From Camelus dromedarius (Eukaryota), in contig NC_087437.1 of the NCBI RefSeq assembly GCF_036321535.1, positions 34,908,001 to 34,972,000 of the forward strand: a stretch of 64,000 nucleotides of DNA. Direction: 5' to 3'. This document shows positions 20,214 to 32,699 of this stretch, piece by piece. Below the pieces are notes generated by a model that worked only from the letters and a program-made list of their open reading frames with translations, had not been told where the DNA came from and did no database searches. The position numbers were made by a program, and so were the translations under genes. Numbering within the stretch: position 1 is the stretch's first letter; the number at the start of each line of letters is the position of its first letter.

Positions 20214-22859
20214 GCTGCAATTTCCTGATTTTTCCTCATGTTCTTATGTGTAAATACCAAGTTGATTTTGTGTGTTCACCTCACTTTTCCCCAGGGATGA
20301 TCTAAGTGTCAGGATGTAGTTACTATCCTGGCATCTGCTGGGATGACCCGGGGTCTCCAGGACCTGTGGTTGGAAGGCTCTGAAGCTCCTGAGTTGCCAT
20401 TCCTCCCTCGGGGAAAGCCCAGCAGATCTCAGCTGCTCTCTCTGCTTCCCACTAAACTGCCGAAGTGAGCTGCTCATTCAGCCGTTGCCTCTCCTTACTG
20501 GGGCAAAGGCTTATGATTTCTTGGGCTCTGCCCTGGAAAGCAAGGACTAGGTCTCCTTGCTTTGAGCTCCATGTAATTCTTGGAGAACCACACAACAAAG
20601 ACTCCCTCTTGTTTTTCTCTATGTCTTCCCTCCAACTCTCTCCATCACCACGTCCTGCCTGCCCAGCCTTATGTGTCAGGGGAGCAGAAAGAGAGGACTC
20701 ATGGGCAGGAAAAATCTCTCCATCCTGATACGCCTGTGGTTTAGTCCAGAACCAAGATTGATGGATGCTCAAAAAGACTTTTCTCTTGACAATATCGTCT
20801 CTTTATAAGTTTCCAATCTCCTTGCAACTCAAGAGCTGACATGACAACTTTCTTGGCTGTACACTTCAGCCACAGTGATCCTAATCCTCCCTGGGACAAT
20901 GAGTGCCTCAGATTGAATGAAAGAGGGTCACATACACACAATGGGGCAGGGACTTCCATTACTATCTCCAAATGTCATCCTTCCAACACACATATATATA
21001 AATAGATTGATAGCTTTATGGCAATCTAAATAAAGATAACTTAGTAACCTCCAAGACTAGGTTTGTTTTTAATTGAAACAAGAGGGAAAGGGTTGATTCT
21101 GTGCTGAGAAAAAAAGGTCAAAGAAAGTGCAATTCTCTGTTAAACACCGGATGAATCAGGCTGCACCTCTCATTTCCAGCTTCTCCCCTTTTCTCTCTCC
21201 ACGTTTTATTAAAAAGCAAACGCACCATTTAATAAAGCTCAATTTCAGAAGTTCCTATTTTCCCCGCTCCCTAGCATTCATAAAGATACAGAAGCAGTCC
21301 TTGTAAATTGCTGGGAATCCTAAAGGGAGATGAGATCTCTCACTGAAGACTCCTCAGATACCAGGAAGACATGAAAATATAGCCAGTGCATCTCTGGCTT
21401 ATGTAAGAAGAATCAAAGAACCATGAAATTAATTTTATTTACCATGAAAAGGTACTAGTCTTAGAATCCAGGTTGTGATTATGTAATTATAAATTAATTT
21501 CAGTGGCATGTTATCATCTGAACTAAATGTCAGCAAGAGCTATGAGAAGTATGTTAATGAGCTTCAAAAAAGCTTGAGTGCTTGCTTGTACCTAAAAATA
21601 GTCATGCCGGAGACTAGAGGCAGGTCTCCTGCAGTAAGAGGACCTGTCGTGGTTTTCTAATACTCCCCGATGCATGTGGTCAGTTGAATAGGAAGGGACT
21701 CTCTTTAACCCGTAACTGAAAAGAAAGGATTAGAAGGGGGTCCACAGGCCACACTTAAGAATGAAATAAACATTATTATTGCCGCAATTGAAATGTGATG
21801 TCAAGGAACATTTCAGTTTCAAAATGGCGTTCAAGAGCATCAGATGACGCGTCTATATTTTAACTTAGGTGAAGTGTGAACGTTTCATGAATACTCCATC
21901 AGATTTTAAAAGCTTGAATTATGACCTTTTCTCTCCCTCTATCCCCCACCTCATTAAACAGGTTATTTTTCTTATTTAAGGTGTCACACTTCATTTGCAC
22001 AAAAGACCTTTTTGGCACTTGTACACCGTTTCTTATTTCTTCTAGTCATTTTATTAATTACTGTATGTTTGCTGAGGAAGAGCCCACATATATCAAAATC
22101 TGGAATTAGACTCCCCAGCACTAGAGTTTAAAATGATAAAATTTGTCATTAAGTTAATTGCCTCACATTCAGCCAGTGTCAGTCAATGGTTGACATTTTT
22201 GCTTATGCAAAAATCTTAGATGGAGAAAAAATTATAATTTGTAAGACTTTTTTTCACACAGAATGTTATTTCTGCCTCTCTGCCCTTCATCATGTGATGA
22301 GGGGAAGCTGAGGTGGCAAAGGAAGACCCAGGGAGCTGCCATGGGTGGGGCTGGGGCCTCACATAAGCCTCCCTCCATATACAGTGTGTCCTGTCACTAC
22401 TCCTGCTATTTGGAAACCCACAAAGATAGTTTGCCATCCTAGTACTTCAGGTCTTGGTGTAAGAAGGCCTTAATGTGTCCTCTAACACTCAGCTGTGGCC
22501 TCAGGTGTGCTGCTGTCAATGTTAACCCTTCAGGTTGGACTCGGGCTGCCACCTGTCTCTGTGTGATGTAGAACACGTATAATGTACTGTTCTGCTGAGA
22601 TTCCTCATTGAATAAGCCTCTTCCATGGTCCTTCCTTCCTGGGGTGGGCAGGGGCAGGGTATGGCCTAGAAGCAGAGTTACCCACATCGTGGTGCCTGTT
22701 TGACTAGGAGGCACCGTTCACACTGAGGTCATTGTCAACTTAAACATGTACTATGGCCATTTGATGGAGATGGTAGTAAAGTGTCTTAAGAAAGAGGTAT
22801 CTTTTTCTGGTTTACACAAAAACAATAACTGTGGGCTAGCGACAGCCTGCTCCAAGGTT

Positions 22860-23050
22860 GAAAGCGATACTCTGGCAACCTACTGGGTAAGTTCTGTCCC
22901 TTACCAGCTGCATGACCTTGGGCCAGTCTCTTAATCTCAGCTTTATCATGCGTAAAATGGGGATAATAATACCTCATAAGCTGTTAGGATGAAAGAGATT
23001 ATCTACGCCAAGGAGTGAGCCCGGAGACTGGACAGTGTATGGCAGGTCTC
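22860..23050 (+). mobile_element. MIR SINE
   Basis: cttaccagctgcatgaccttgggccagtctcttaatctc..gtaaaatggggataataatacctcata. Confidence 0.8.
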
Positions 23051-23886
23051 GTAGTTTGACCCGCACATGTCTCTGCACACCTAGAGCTCTTCCAAACAAC
23101 TTTCCATTCAAGGCATAGAAGAGTGTAAAATAACTTTCAAACTCTCCCTACAAGACTCATCACAATAAAGCTATCGACCTACAGTATGAATTAATTAGTG
23201 TGAATTCTGTAGCCTTCCTGCGCGGAGTTAGACTCATGTGTCAGGTGATTCTCCGGCTCCAACCATGCACGTGAATATAATTCTAAAGAGGGCCTGCCTC
23301 CAAGAGAAGTTAGAGCAGAGGGTGCAAGAACTCAGGCAATAGATGAGAGAAAAGGAATAAAGAAGGAAAGATTAGAGCTTACTCTTTAGTTTTCCAGACA
23401 ACGGATTGTCCCAGACAGGTCTGTCTCTGCCATGGCATAATTAATTATTACCAGACTGGTGAAGAGGCTGTAAGCAGGTCAGACTTTGGCGGACTTAGAG
23501 ATTGTGCAGACGGGGGCTGGGGCTGGGGGGTCTTATCCACGAGCTGCCTGGCACTGTCTGTGTTTCAGGGCTTATCGCAGTATTGGCTATGGGAGGTGGG
23601 GGCTCGAAGCCGCTGCCGACAGCGATCTTACCATCCCTCGTGATGATTTCTTTAATGACTGGCTTTGCCTGCACTGTTTCCAACATGTTGCACACCACTG
23701 TAATTCGTGTCAGTTACCGGGTTCTGGTGTCATCGAGGCCCTGGAATTGTGTTATTGAACTAACATTCATTGTCAAACATTTCCAAGATAAACCTATTTC
23801 TCCTTATCGTATAAATGTGTTGATTCTCCTATGCTGTGTATAATGAATGGCTTTTAGACAGTTGTAACACCTTCACTGAAACATTT

Positions 23887-23982
23887 TCTCTCTCTCTCTT
23901 TCTCTCTCTGGTGTGTGTGTGTGTCCCCTCCCCTTTCTTTCCCCTCTTCTCCACCCACCCCCGGTTTCTTTCTCTCTTTCCT
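23887..23982. repeat. Compound (CT)n-(GT)7 microsatellite followed by a pyrimidine tract
   Basis: Directly visible: tctctctc.. 23887-23909, (GT)7 23911-23924, C/T-rich to 23982. Confidence 0.9.
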
Positions 23983-25034
23983 GAAGAAAAAAAAAACGGC
24001 AATTTCCCTTATTCTCTTACAAAAGACTGTCACGGGTAGGAGGAGGGGGTCACTATTAGCATGAACGATGTGTCATTCGTTGTTTGGTAGTGTGTTCGGG
24101 TCCACTTGCTCTGTGAAGCAAGGCTCCTGAGGCATGTTTATTGCACTTTCCTCCCTTCCACCCAGCCTCCCAGCCCCACCCGAGAAAAGGTGAAACCGTG
24201 TGTCACTCTTATAAGAAAATGTTTCAGTAAGCAGAACTTTCACAAAATAAGGATTCTCCTGACTCCAACTTTTAAGTCATAGCTGTGTGCACACAGGAGG
24301 AGGGGGCGGGAGTGCAAGGAGAGGAGGGGAATGTGTCTTGATAGGCACGCAGGGCAGGGTGTTCTGCTCTGAGGAGAAGTTGTAGGTGGCAGTGGCCGAG
24401 GTGAGGTGAGGCTGTGCAGGGGGAGCCTGAAGGCAGCTGAGGCTCGCTTGTCTGTCACTGAGCCATTGATGGGGAGCCACTGATGGTCGAATCTGAATCT
24501 GAACTTGAACCATCTGTCGACAGGAATGCTGTCATCACCGTCACTGCTCTTCCTCTGGGCCTCTCTTCTACCTGTACCATCTACTACCATGATTTGTCAG
24601 TTCTGTTTTTTTCTGTTTTATGTCCTCAATACTCTGTCTTATGCAGTCAATATGCTCCTGAAATGTTGTGAATAAATTGTGGTTTTAAATAACATATTAA
24701 ATTCATCTTAATACAGAAAAGCATAAAGAAGAAAACAGAGTGGTCTAAAATCCCATTCCCTAGGTAACCCTGTTAATATTTTTTTAAAAACAAGAGTAGG
24801 TATATTTCTATGATTAGAGTAGATATATGTACATAGTACAAAGGTGTGAATTGTACAATTAGTGCAAGTTATACATCACAAAGCACCCCCGCTTCCCTTA
24901 CCACCTCCTCAGTCCTTAGCACCTCTCCCAGCATTAGGGGTCTGTGCAGGGTACAAAGCACTGTGATAAGAAGACAGCAATGAATAAGGCATCACCCTGC
25001 CCTAACAGAGGCTGTTAGTCTAGTGGGTCACAGA

Positions 25035-25452
25035 ATCATGTGACTTATAGTTGCCTTTTGTTTGGCTTGCACTGTTTATTTAAATAAAAATTGCCAACAT
25101 TTAAAAATCAGGAGAGTTCACATAAAAATGGCTTCCCTTGAAAAATCTGAAAAACTGTTTACCATGGGCCTGCATTCCCACATGGCAACCATCTTCGTTG
25201 GTGAGGAAATGCTGCCCGCTTAGCATGTGTTCTCCACTTGGCTGCAAGCCCCACTACCCGCTATTGTAGACCCAACACTGAAACCTGATGGCAGTTGTCT
25301 CCTATCATCATGCCTGTGCTTTCTTAGAGTAGAAAGTTTTCAGAACCCCTGTTCCTATCAAAAGTAGTGGGGTAAAGCTACTCCAAGAGGACCGTGAGCT
25401 TTTTCTTCTATCTGGCCTACTCCTCTGAAGGCACTGGAGTTTGCAATTCCAA
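25035..25452 (-). mobile_element. hAT-Charlie DNA transposon remnant (MER102-like)
   Basis: tgccaacatttaaaaatcaggagagttcacataaaaat..cttgaaaaatc, with terminal ggcactggagtttgcaattcc. Family name is from memory. Confidence 0.55.
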
Positions 25453-25829
25453 TCCAAGACCTCCAAAACATTCAAACTGAAAAGGGCCTAGGGGTGGACT
25501 AGTCCAAGCCACTTGTTTTTTACTTGGGGAGGTTCAGATGCTTTCTGCTAAATCATTTTGGAGAACTTGAAATATAACAGCTTTGTTTAAGTTAATACAG
25601 AATGCAGTTTATACAGTTTTATTATAGTAAAGGAACTTCGTGTCACACTGATTAATTTTTTTCCTGATTGACAAAACTTTTCTGTAATGTGTACCAGGGT
25701 ATACTACAAAAGGGGGTGAGTTGATGAGGACTACACAAAACATAGAAATGCAGAAACTGGCCACAGAAATCATTTCTTCTGGGGGTAGGAAGAGAACAGA
25801 GGAGGAAGGAGGGGAGGTTATCAAAAGGC

Positions 25830-26030
25830 TTGGCCCAGTGGAGTCAGACAGTCCACATGTGTGACCTGGGCAGGTTGTTATCCTATCTGAGATTTAGTTT
25901 CCCCATCTGTAAAATGGGGATAATTACGCCTACCTCACAGGTAGTGCAAATTAAGTTATATAATGTCAATAAAATGTTTAGCATTATAATAAAATGCTTG
26001 AGCAGTAGGTCTATCATTGTCATTATTACT
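25830..26030 (+). mobile_element. MIR SINE
   Basis: tgtgtgacctgggcaggttg..tagtttccccatctgtaaaatggggataattacgcctacctcacagg. Confidence 0.8.
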
Positions 26031-27009
26031 GAGGCACCAGTTCTGGATTCCCGGGTTTTCAGTCATTTGGTCATTCAGTACACATGCATTGGGCAGTGTA
26101 ATTGTGGATACGACACTCGAAGTCCCAGAATCCCATTTTATGCATCTGCTTAAAGGGAAGCATAATGCCTGCCCCTCCCCCACCCTGAGGTGTCAGGAAA
26201 TCAACTGCAGGTGTGTTTGGGGGCCACTTAGTGGCATGTGTAGCACTGAACAAATTATTGTAACTACATTATTATTAACTCAGAAAGTTTTAAACTAGGA
26301 TTTTAAAAGATGCCTGTGTTACCCCAAATTATTTAACCCTCACTATAAGCTTTACATTTTTCTCAAGCTTGACTCATCAAATGAATTCAATGCCTGATAT
26401 TATCCAATGCAAATATTGAGATAAGCCCAGGAAAGATTTTTCTTGTGTACCTTTACTTTGTCTGCATCCCAGAAATTAAATCAGAAGAGAGAATGCTGGT
26501 TTAGAGGAATAGCCTGATGAATAATTGGCATTTGTGTGTTTTCTCTAAGGAAAACAAGAATCAACAGAACAACACAAAAACGTGCCTGCTTTGCTGAAGT
26601 ACAAATTGAAGTCAGGAGCAGACACGGATTGCTCACATAATGACCACCATGATGCACGTTTATTTCTTCCCAAGGTGTTAAAGCTTTGGTAGCTGGTGAG
26701 GTTGGAAGCCCCACCCCTGTTTCACTGCACTGGACCAGGAGCCTGGGCTGGAGGAAGGAGCTCGGGTCAGGCCTAGGCTGGAACTTCTCTCCACCTCCTA
26801 GCAGTGAGCATGGTCAGACATGGACAGGAGCGTGGTTATGTTTTGATCAGTGCGTAAAATGTATTTGGCTACAGCTGGGTATCTCCCTGCCATGGCAGTC
26901 TCTAGAAGACGGTGTACGGTGTAGTACTGAATTGGCTTGGCATGCTCAGAGCAAGACAGTGGGAGCTTAGCATAATGTCAGCTCAGGACCAAGGAGACCG
27001 TGTGTGATT

Positions 27010-27680
27010 ATTTATTCACTCATCTATCATTTTGTTTATTCAACAAATACTGAAATGTTCCGGACCTCAGGATTACAGGAGGGAAAACAAGTAGATGGTG
27101 ATATCCCTGCCCTTGTGAAATCTACACTGTACTTTAGAAGACTGACATTAAATTGTTTAAATAAATAAACGAGGTATTTACATAACTGTGTCTTATGAGG
27201 GCAATAAAGAAAATAAAGAGGAGATAAGCTCCCACAATCGGAGATGGCCTCTGAAGATGTCACACTTGAATTGAGATGTCACCACAGGCATTGGTCAGCC
27301 CTGTCCTTGACAGGAGATACTCAGCAGAGGGAACAGTGGGTACAAAGGTCCAACGACAACAAAAGTCTTGGCACATTTGGGCAACAGAAGGGAAGCCTCA
27401 AGCAAGAGAGAGGGTGGTCTGACAGCACTGGACAGGTTAGGCGGGAGCCAGACCATGCAGGACCTGGCTGAAACAGTTCGCTAGCCGAAATGGCAGTGGC
27501 TTGGCCTAGAGTTGGCGCAATGGGGACAAGAGAGCTGAAAGGGTTTAAGGTGCGTTTAGAGGTAAGAGTGACAGAACTTAATGGTGGATTGAATGTCAGG
27601 AGTGAGGGAAAGAAAACCCAGGATGACTCCTAGCTTGAGCAACTGAGTGGATTGTGGTGACATTTGCTGAGGCTTAAAAG
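27010..27680 (-). mobile_element. L2 element fragment
   Basis: Antisense tail ttattcactcatctatcatttt..tttattcaacaaatac, then atccctgcccttgtgaaatctaca and ggatgactcctag..gagcaactgagtgga. Confidence 0.75.
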
Positions 27681-28629
27681 TTAAATAACTTGCCAGACCT
27701 CACTCAGCTGGGACACTGAAGTCTAGTTTATGAATTTACTTTCTCGGTTTATTTTTTTTAATCTGTGAAGTCAGACAATTAGATTAAATATCCAAGATAT
27801 CCTCCACATTTGCAGTTACATTATCATCTAGATTAAATTACTGATACAGAAACAACCTGAGGTTCAGGATTATGTAATCCTGTCAGACTCTGGTATTTTT
27901 GATAAACTGTGCTGTGATGGATATGTTTATCTCAAAACCAGTAAGCAGAATCTTGGGGGTATCTTCCCTTACACATACAAAAGAAAAAGTAGAAAAAGTG
28001 ATTTTTTTTCCCCTTTTCTCTTGGGCACAATGTTTTTCTGGAGTTTCTCAGCAGCACTGTAGTTTGGGCTGTCGTGTAAGGTTAGATTATAAACTCTTTT
28101 GTAATCCCAAACTAAGACTGCAAAGCCGAAACAGTGAGTTGTTTACAGTGGAGGGCCCTGTTTTGCTTTCTGTCCTGCTTGTGCCTCCGCCAAGCAACCA
28201 CTCTAAATCTCTCCCTGAGAAGAGAAGCCCCTTATTGCACTGTAAGCCTCAGGATCAGTTAGGATGCTACAGGGAACACAGAAAACCCAACAGAAAGAGC
28301 CTTGAGCAGTAGAGACATTTAGTGTCTCCGAGAAGAAGAACAGGCTGGCTTATCAGTTCGGTGATGTCTCAGGGACCCAGGCTCCTCACCCCTCTGCTCC
28401 TCCTGGGCGCAGGGCCATGACCTCGTGGTGCAAGACAGCTGCCACAGCTCTGGGAAACACATGAGCCACACGAGGCCAAAGAAGTGGGTCGTTTTCTGCA
28501 TTGTGTCTCTTCCGGGGAGAGAGGAAGCCCTTCCCAGGAGCCCCAAGCAGACATCTCCTTGTCCATGGAGCACCTCTTCCCCCTCCTAGACACACGTTAT
28601 CCTTGACTTTACCCCTTTCCTTTATTTCC

Positions 28630-28850
28630 TTATTCTCCATGACCTATCCATTCTGGTTGTAAACAATCCATCCCCTGCCCTCCATCCCTGCATTTACTGC
28701 ATTAAATCAGACCCTCATAAACTCTGCCTGTTCTCCCTGCGTCCAGTTTATCTTCCACAAAGCACTGAAATAATCTTCTAAAACACAACTCTCATCAGAT
28801 CACTATCCCGCTGAAAACCCTTCAGTGGTTCTTCATCACAGATACAATTC
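28630..28850 (+). mobile_element. L2 element fragment
   Basis: tcttccacaaagcactgaaataatcttctaaaacaca..atcagatcact..aaaacccttcagtggttc. Confidence 0.6.
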
Positions 28851-30576
28851 AATTTTTTTTCTAGCTATAGGAATGACCTCTCCCCTTTTTAAAGAGAATA
28901 CTTGCACAGCAGCTCAAGAGAGCTCCAGATGGGTGTCAGGCTGCTCTGGCTGAAAAGGGGGTGGAGAAGTGGCTCATAGCTCCTCTAGGTGGACCCCTTC
29001 TCCTCCTTCACAGAGAGACCCCAAAGCCTTTTCCAGATCCCATGTAGGCAAATGGCAATGCCTAGTAGGCAGCCAGTATGGACCTCAAGAGTGTCAACCA
29101 GGCTAGCGGTGTAGACTGAGGTGGAGGTGGAAGCCAAGTCAGGAACACGCTCTATCAAAGTGCACAGGGTGAGGAGGAAGAGGGCCTTAGAGAGGGACAA
29201 CTCCGAGGGTTGTACTGATAGACTGCCCCAGCGCCATCAGTATCTGACAACACAGTGTTTCCATTTCACCTCTCAAACGCTAAGAATGTTCATTCTAGGA
29301 GAATTCGTGCTCTCGCTGTGTTAGACAAGTTAACACAGTCAGATGCTTGAGGGCAAAGTAAGGATTGTTGAAGATCAAAATGCAACTAATATCAAAAACT
29401 GCGAATAACGATTTCTAATCATATGAATTGTTCTTCTTGTGTTTATATTTTCATTCTTACAGTTTTTTTTTAAAGGTAAAAGATTTGTGGTTTGCTTTGA
29501 TAATCCTCAAGATTAGTATTTTTTTCCTTTCACAACGCTTTTCATGTCAGAAATCCTGAGTTAACCAACATTTCATGTGTTTCCATGTCTGATCAGGGCA
29601 GTTTTGAGTTAAACAGGCTTTAGAATGGAAAGTCGACTAGAACAATAGTAGCTGAATATGCTCCTGATTTTCCCTCTTGATATCAACCTGTATTTATTCT
29701 TTATGTCTATTTAAGAATTCAGTCTTTTTTGTTGTTCTATGAAGACAAAAGAGCTGTTTAGATGCAGCTTACATGCTGCTGTGAAATGTGACCTTCTTAA
29801 TGAGAAGGTTAAATATTAATGAAGACTAATTGATGAATAATTTTAACAAGTAACAAACAGCATTATCAGTTTGAAGGAAGAGCTTAATGGGTTGTGCATC
29901 TCAGCGGCGGGTGTTTGCACCTTCGGTGACACTGTCAGAAGTGGTGGGGAAGGAGAGGGGGCTGGACAGAGGGCACTGGGCAGGTGATAAGGGCAGCCTC
30001 CAACTAGACCAGACTGTCCAATTCCATTTGCTTTTATCCATTCTTGTCCCAAGAGCAAGAGGTTTGCGGAGAGCTCATCCCACAGTTCTCCATGACTCTA
30101 GAAGAACTGGCTGTTGGCATCTGTCATTTACTGGCCCTTCCAGGCCCTCCAGCTGAGGTGCCCACCCAACCCCCACCATCCTCACTTTTAACTGAGATTT
30201 CACAGAAACTGAGCACCAACACGAAGCAGAAAATAAGTATCAGTTGTCTGGAGCTTCAAAGTGATTCTCATTCTCTCCTAATCCTTCTAAGTGTGATACG
30301 CATTTAGATCAAGAGTAGCAGAGACAACAGTGATTTGGGAAAATGATCATGTTATCCTAGTCTATTTCAGTGACACTCTAACATGGTTACCTAAATCAGC
30401 TGTCAGATCTGATCAGTGTTGTTGAAGTGAACAGCCATCATTCCCAGAGTGGCCGGGGTCAAAATCTCACCCAGCAGGAGCAGTTTTAATGACTGAAGCA
30501 TCCAGTAACCACGAGAAGCAGCCTAACCTCAAAGCACTGCTGACCTGCTACATGGCCTCTCTTTTCTGTTTTTCAG

Positions 30577-30738
30577 GCACAACGTGTTTGATTGCTCTGC
30601 TGTCAGATAAAGACCTCACCGTGGCCAACGTGGGTGACTCGCGGGGGGTCCTGTGTGACAAGGATGGGAACGCCATTCCTTTGTCTCATGATCACAAGCC
30701 GTACCAACTAAAGGAAAGGAAGAGGATAAAGAGAGCTG
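30577..30738 (+). CDS. PPM1L: Protein phosphatase 1L (PP2C-epsilon), penultimate coding exon, 162 nt, phase 1/1
   Basis: Encodes (G)TTCLIALLSDKDLTVANVGDSRGVLCDKDGNAIPLSHDHKPYQLKERKRIKRA, with PP2C motifs ANVGDSR and LSHDHKP. Acceptor tttcag|gc, donor ctg|gtgagc. Confidence 0.97.
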
Positions 30739-30989
30739 GTGAGCTGGTGACGCCGCTGAGGACCGTCTGCTGTCTTGCTTAGTGAACAAGGCAGCTCGCT
30801 TAGAGGGCCCTGGGAGATATAACTTTCCGTTACCCAGTGATGAGTCGATCAGTACAGAGGCTGCTGCTAAGGCAGCCAAGACTGGACTTTGTATTATTTT
30901 CTTTGAAATGAATGGCCACTGAATTTGCCCTTCTTCCTGGCCAAAGATTCCAAAAGAACCAAGAAATCCCTTAGTTTAAAAGGCTAATG

Positions 30990-31079
30990 GGGTGGGGGAA
31001 GAGGGTAACAGCTCAGTGGTAGAGCGCACGCTTGCCATGCACGAGGTCCCGGGTTCAGTCCACAGTACCTCCATCTGAA
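30990..31079 (+). mobile_element. Short tRNA-derived SINE (Vic-1 type) lacking the long tail, in the last PPM1L intron
   Basis: cagctcagtggtagagcgcacgcttgccatgcacgaggtcccgggttcagtcc. Perfect 12-bp TSD aaaaggctaatg at 30978-30989 and 31080-31091, at a TT|AAAA L1 endonuclease site. Confidence 0.85.
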
Positions 31080-31199
31080 AAAAGGCTAATGAGATCTTTA
31101 AGCCCCTGCTCACCATACTCCACTTCCCTCCAGCTATGCCAAACCACCAGCCAGTCACCAAATGAACCATGGATTTGATACCTCTGTGCCTTTGCAAGT

Positions 31200-31500
31200 A
31201 CCATCCCCATTGTCCAATGGAGAACACTGTCCTTGTCCTTTAAGACTCCGTTTTTAAGGGTGTCCTTTCAGAAGCCTTCCCTGTCACACTGAGCCAACAG
31301 CTCCCCCAGCCTGGGTTAGACATCCCTTTGCTCTTCCCTGGCATCCTGTGCAGACCTCTCAGGTCTCCTTTCACAGTGTCCGAACATACCTGGCTCTCTC
31401 ACCTGTCTTGTCTTTCTGACTGTGAGCTCTTTGAGGCAGGAACTTGGTCTGCTCATCTCTATACTCCCAGCTCCTAGCTCAGTGCCTGTTCTAAGTAACT
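31200..31500 (+). mobile_element. L2 3' end fragment
   Basis: gtcctttaagactc..agaagccttccctg..gactgtgagctctttgaggcaggaac..cctagctcagtgcctg. Confidence 0.7.
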
Positions 31501-32699
31501 ATTTCAGCTGGGGGGTGGGGGAGGAAATCCGAACCCCTTTTTCATTCATTCTTTCAACATCTAGGGGCTGGGGATACAAACTTACAGGCTGGAATCGAGG
31601 TGGGGGTAGGGGAGGTAGTAGATAGGCAGATACTAACAATAAATAAGTAAAAATAGGTAAATGATCTTGTATGTTCCCAGGTGATGACTGCTATTGGGAG
31701 ACATGAGGCAGGCAAGGGAATGGGGAGGATCGGAGGTGGTCAGCGTAGGACTCACTAAGGTGACACTGGGACAAAGACTTGAAGGAAGAGTATCAGTTGA
31801 TGATTACATTTTCAAAATTCAGTTTGGGGAGGATTCTTTTCTATTTGTGCAGAGCAGGATTCCTTCCCTCCCCAGACTGACAGCCACGGCAGGTAGGCTC
31901 TGTAATGTGCCAAGTGGCAAGCCCAGCTGAGGGTGCCTGTCCCCTGGGTCTCTGCCCAGGAAGGGCCCCTGCTGCCTGAGGGCATCTGCAGGTTGACTCT
32001 CAATCTCTACATATCAGCTTCTGCCCAGGACCTAATCAGCATTGGAGTTTTCCCAGTAGGGAGCTATACTGTTGAGTTCAAAAGTGTTGAATTTTATTAT
32101 TATCTCCCGCTTCAGTGACTGCTTGAGACGCAGAATAATTTTTAAAGAAAGCTTTGGTCAGGTTGGTGATGAGATGGAACAAACAGTGCTTTCAGAGCAT
32201 CTATCAGGCTTTGATGAGCCTCCCTACTTACAAAAACACCACCTCCCCATGAATCCACTGTGACCCTGGATGTGCAGTACAGTGAGCCTCCTCCGGTGTA
32301 AGCTCAGGCAGGAATATGTATACAGTACATCTGGAAATGTCACGTTAGCACCCAGCGCTCCCTTCTGAAATGTCACTCCCATTTTATCCTCCTTCCTCTT
32401 CCCTGTGGTACCCACCCCACCGTCCACCCTCCCTCACCCCCACAGTCATTAGAGAAGCAAATTTGGGCACCATGCCCAAGGAGGTTAATCTAACCTGCTG
32501 CGTCAAGGGTGTGTTTTACAGCCGGGCTTAATGGACAATGATTGGCTTTATTATCTTTATGTGTGTTTTCTCTGACCTCAGCCTTCCTTGCAGGACACCT
32601 TTCCCCCTCCTGTTTTGTGTGACAGTATGCTGCAACCAGCCTGGGCCAAACACACGTTGGTCCCTCTGTCCCCACCCCCAGGCTGTTTCCCACAACAGC

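Larger units (their letters stand above)
1..30576 (+). other. PPM1L: 3' portion of a long PPM1L intron upstream of the penultimate coding exon (phase 1)
   Basis: Ends in a branch-like CTGAC (~30540), a pyrimidine tract ctctcttttctgtttttc and AG at 30575-30576. No earlier PPM1L coding exon is recognisable in the window. Confidence 0.85.

Noticed and set aside
23495..23843. Overlapping 67-113-aa ORFs in the CpG-rich block
   Set aside because: Non-ATG starts, no recognisable homology and no convincing splice context; better explained as non-coding.
24750..24770. Weaker AG|GT fusions (TAG|GTAACC here; also near 7153, 13162 and 31680)
   Set aside because: Donor halves are poor or lie in repeats; not comparable to the sites at 8920 and 20207.
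30489..30782. 97-aa ORF as a standalone gene
   Set aside because: Only 30577-30738 is PP2C sequence; the rest is intronic read-through past canonical splice sites.
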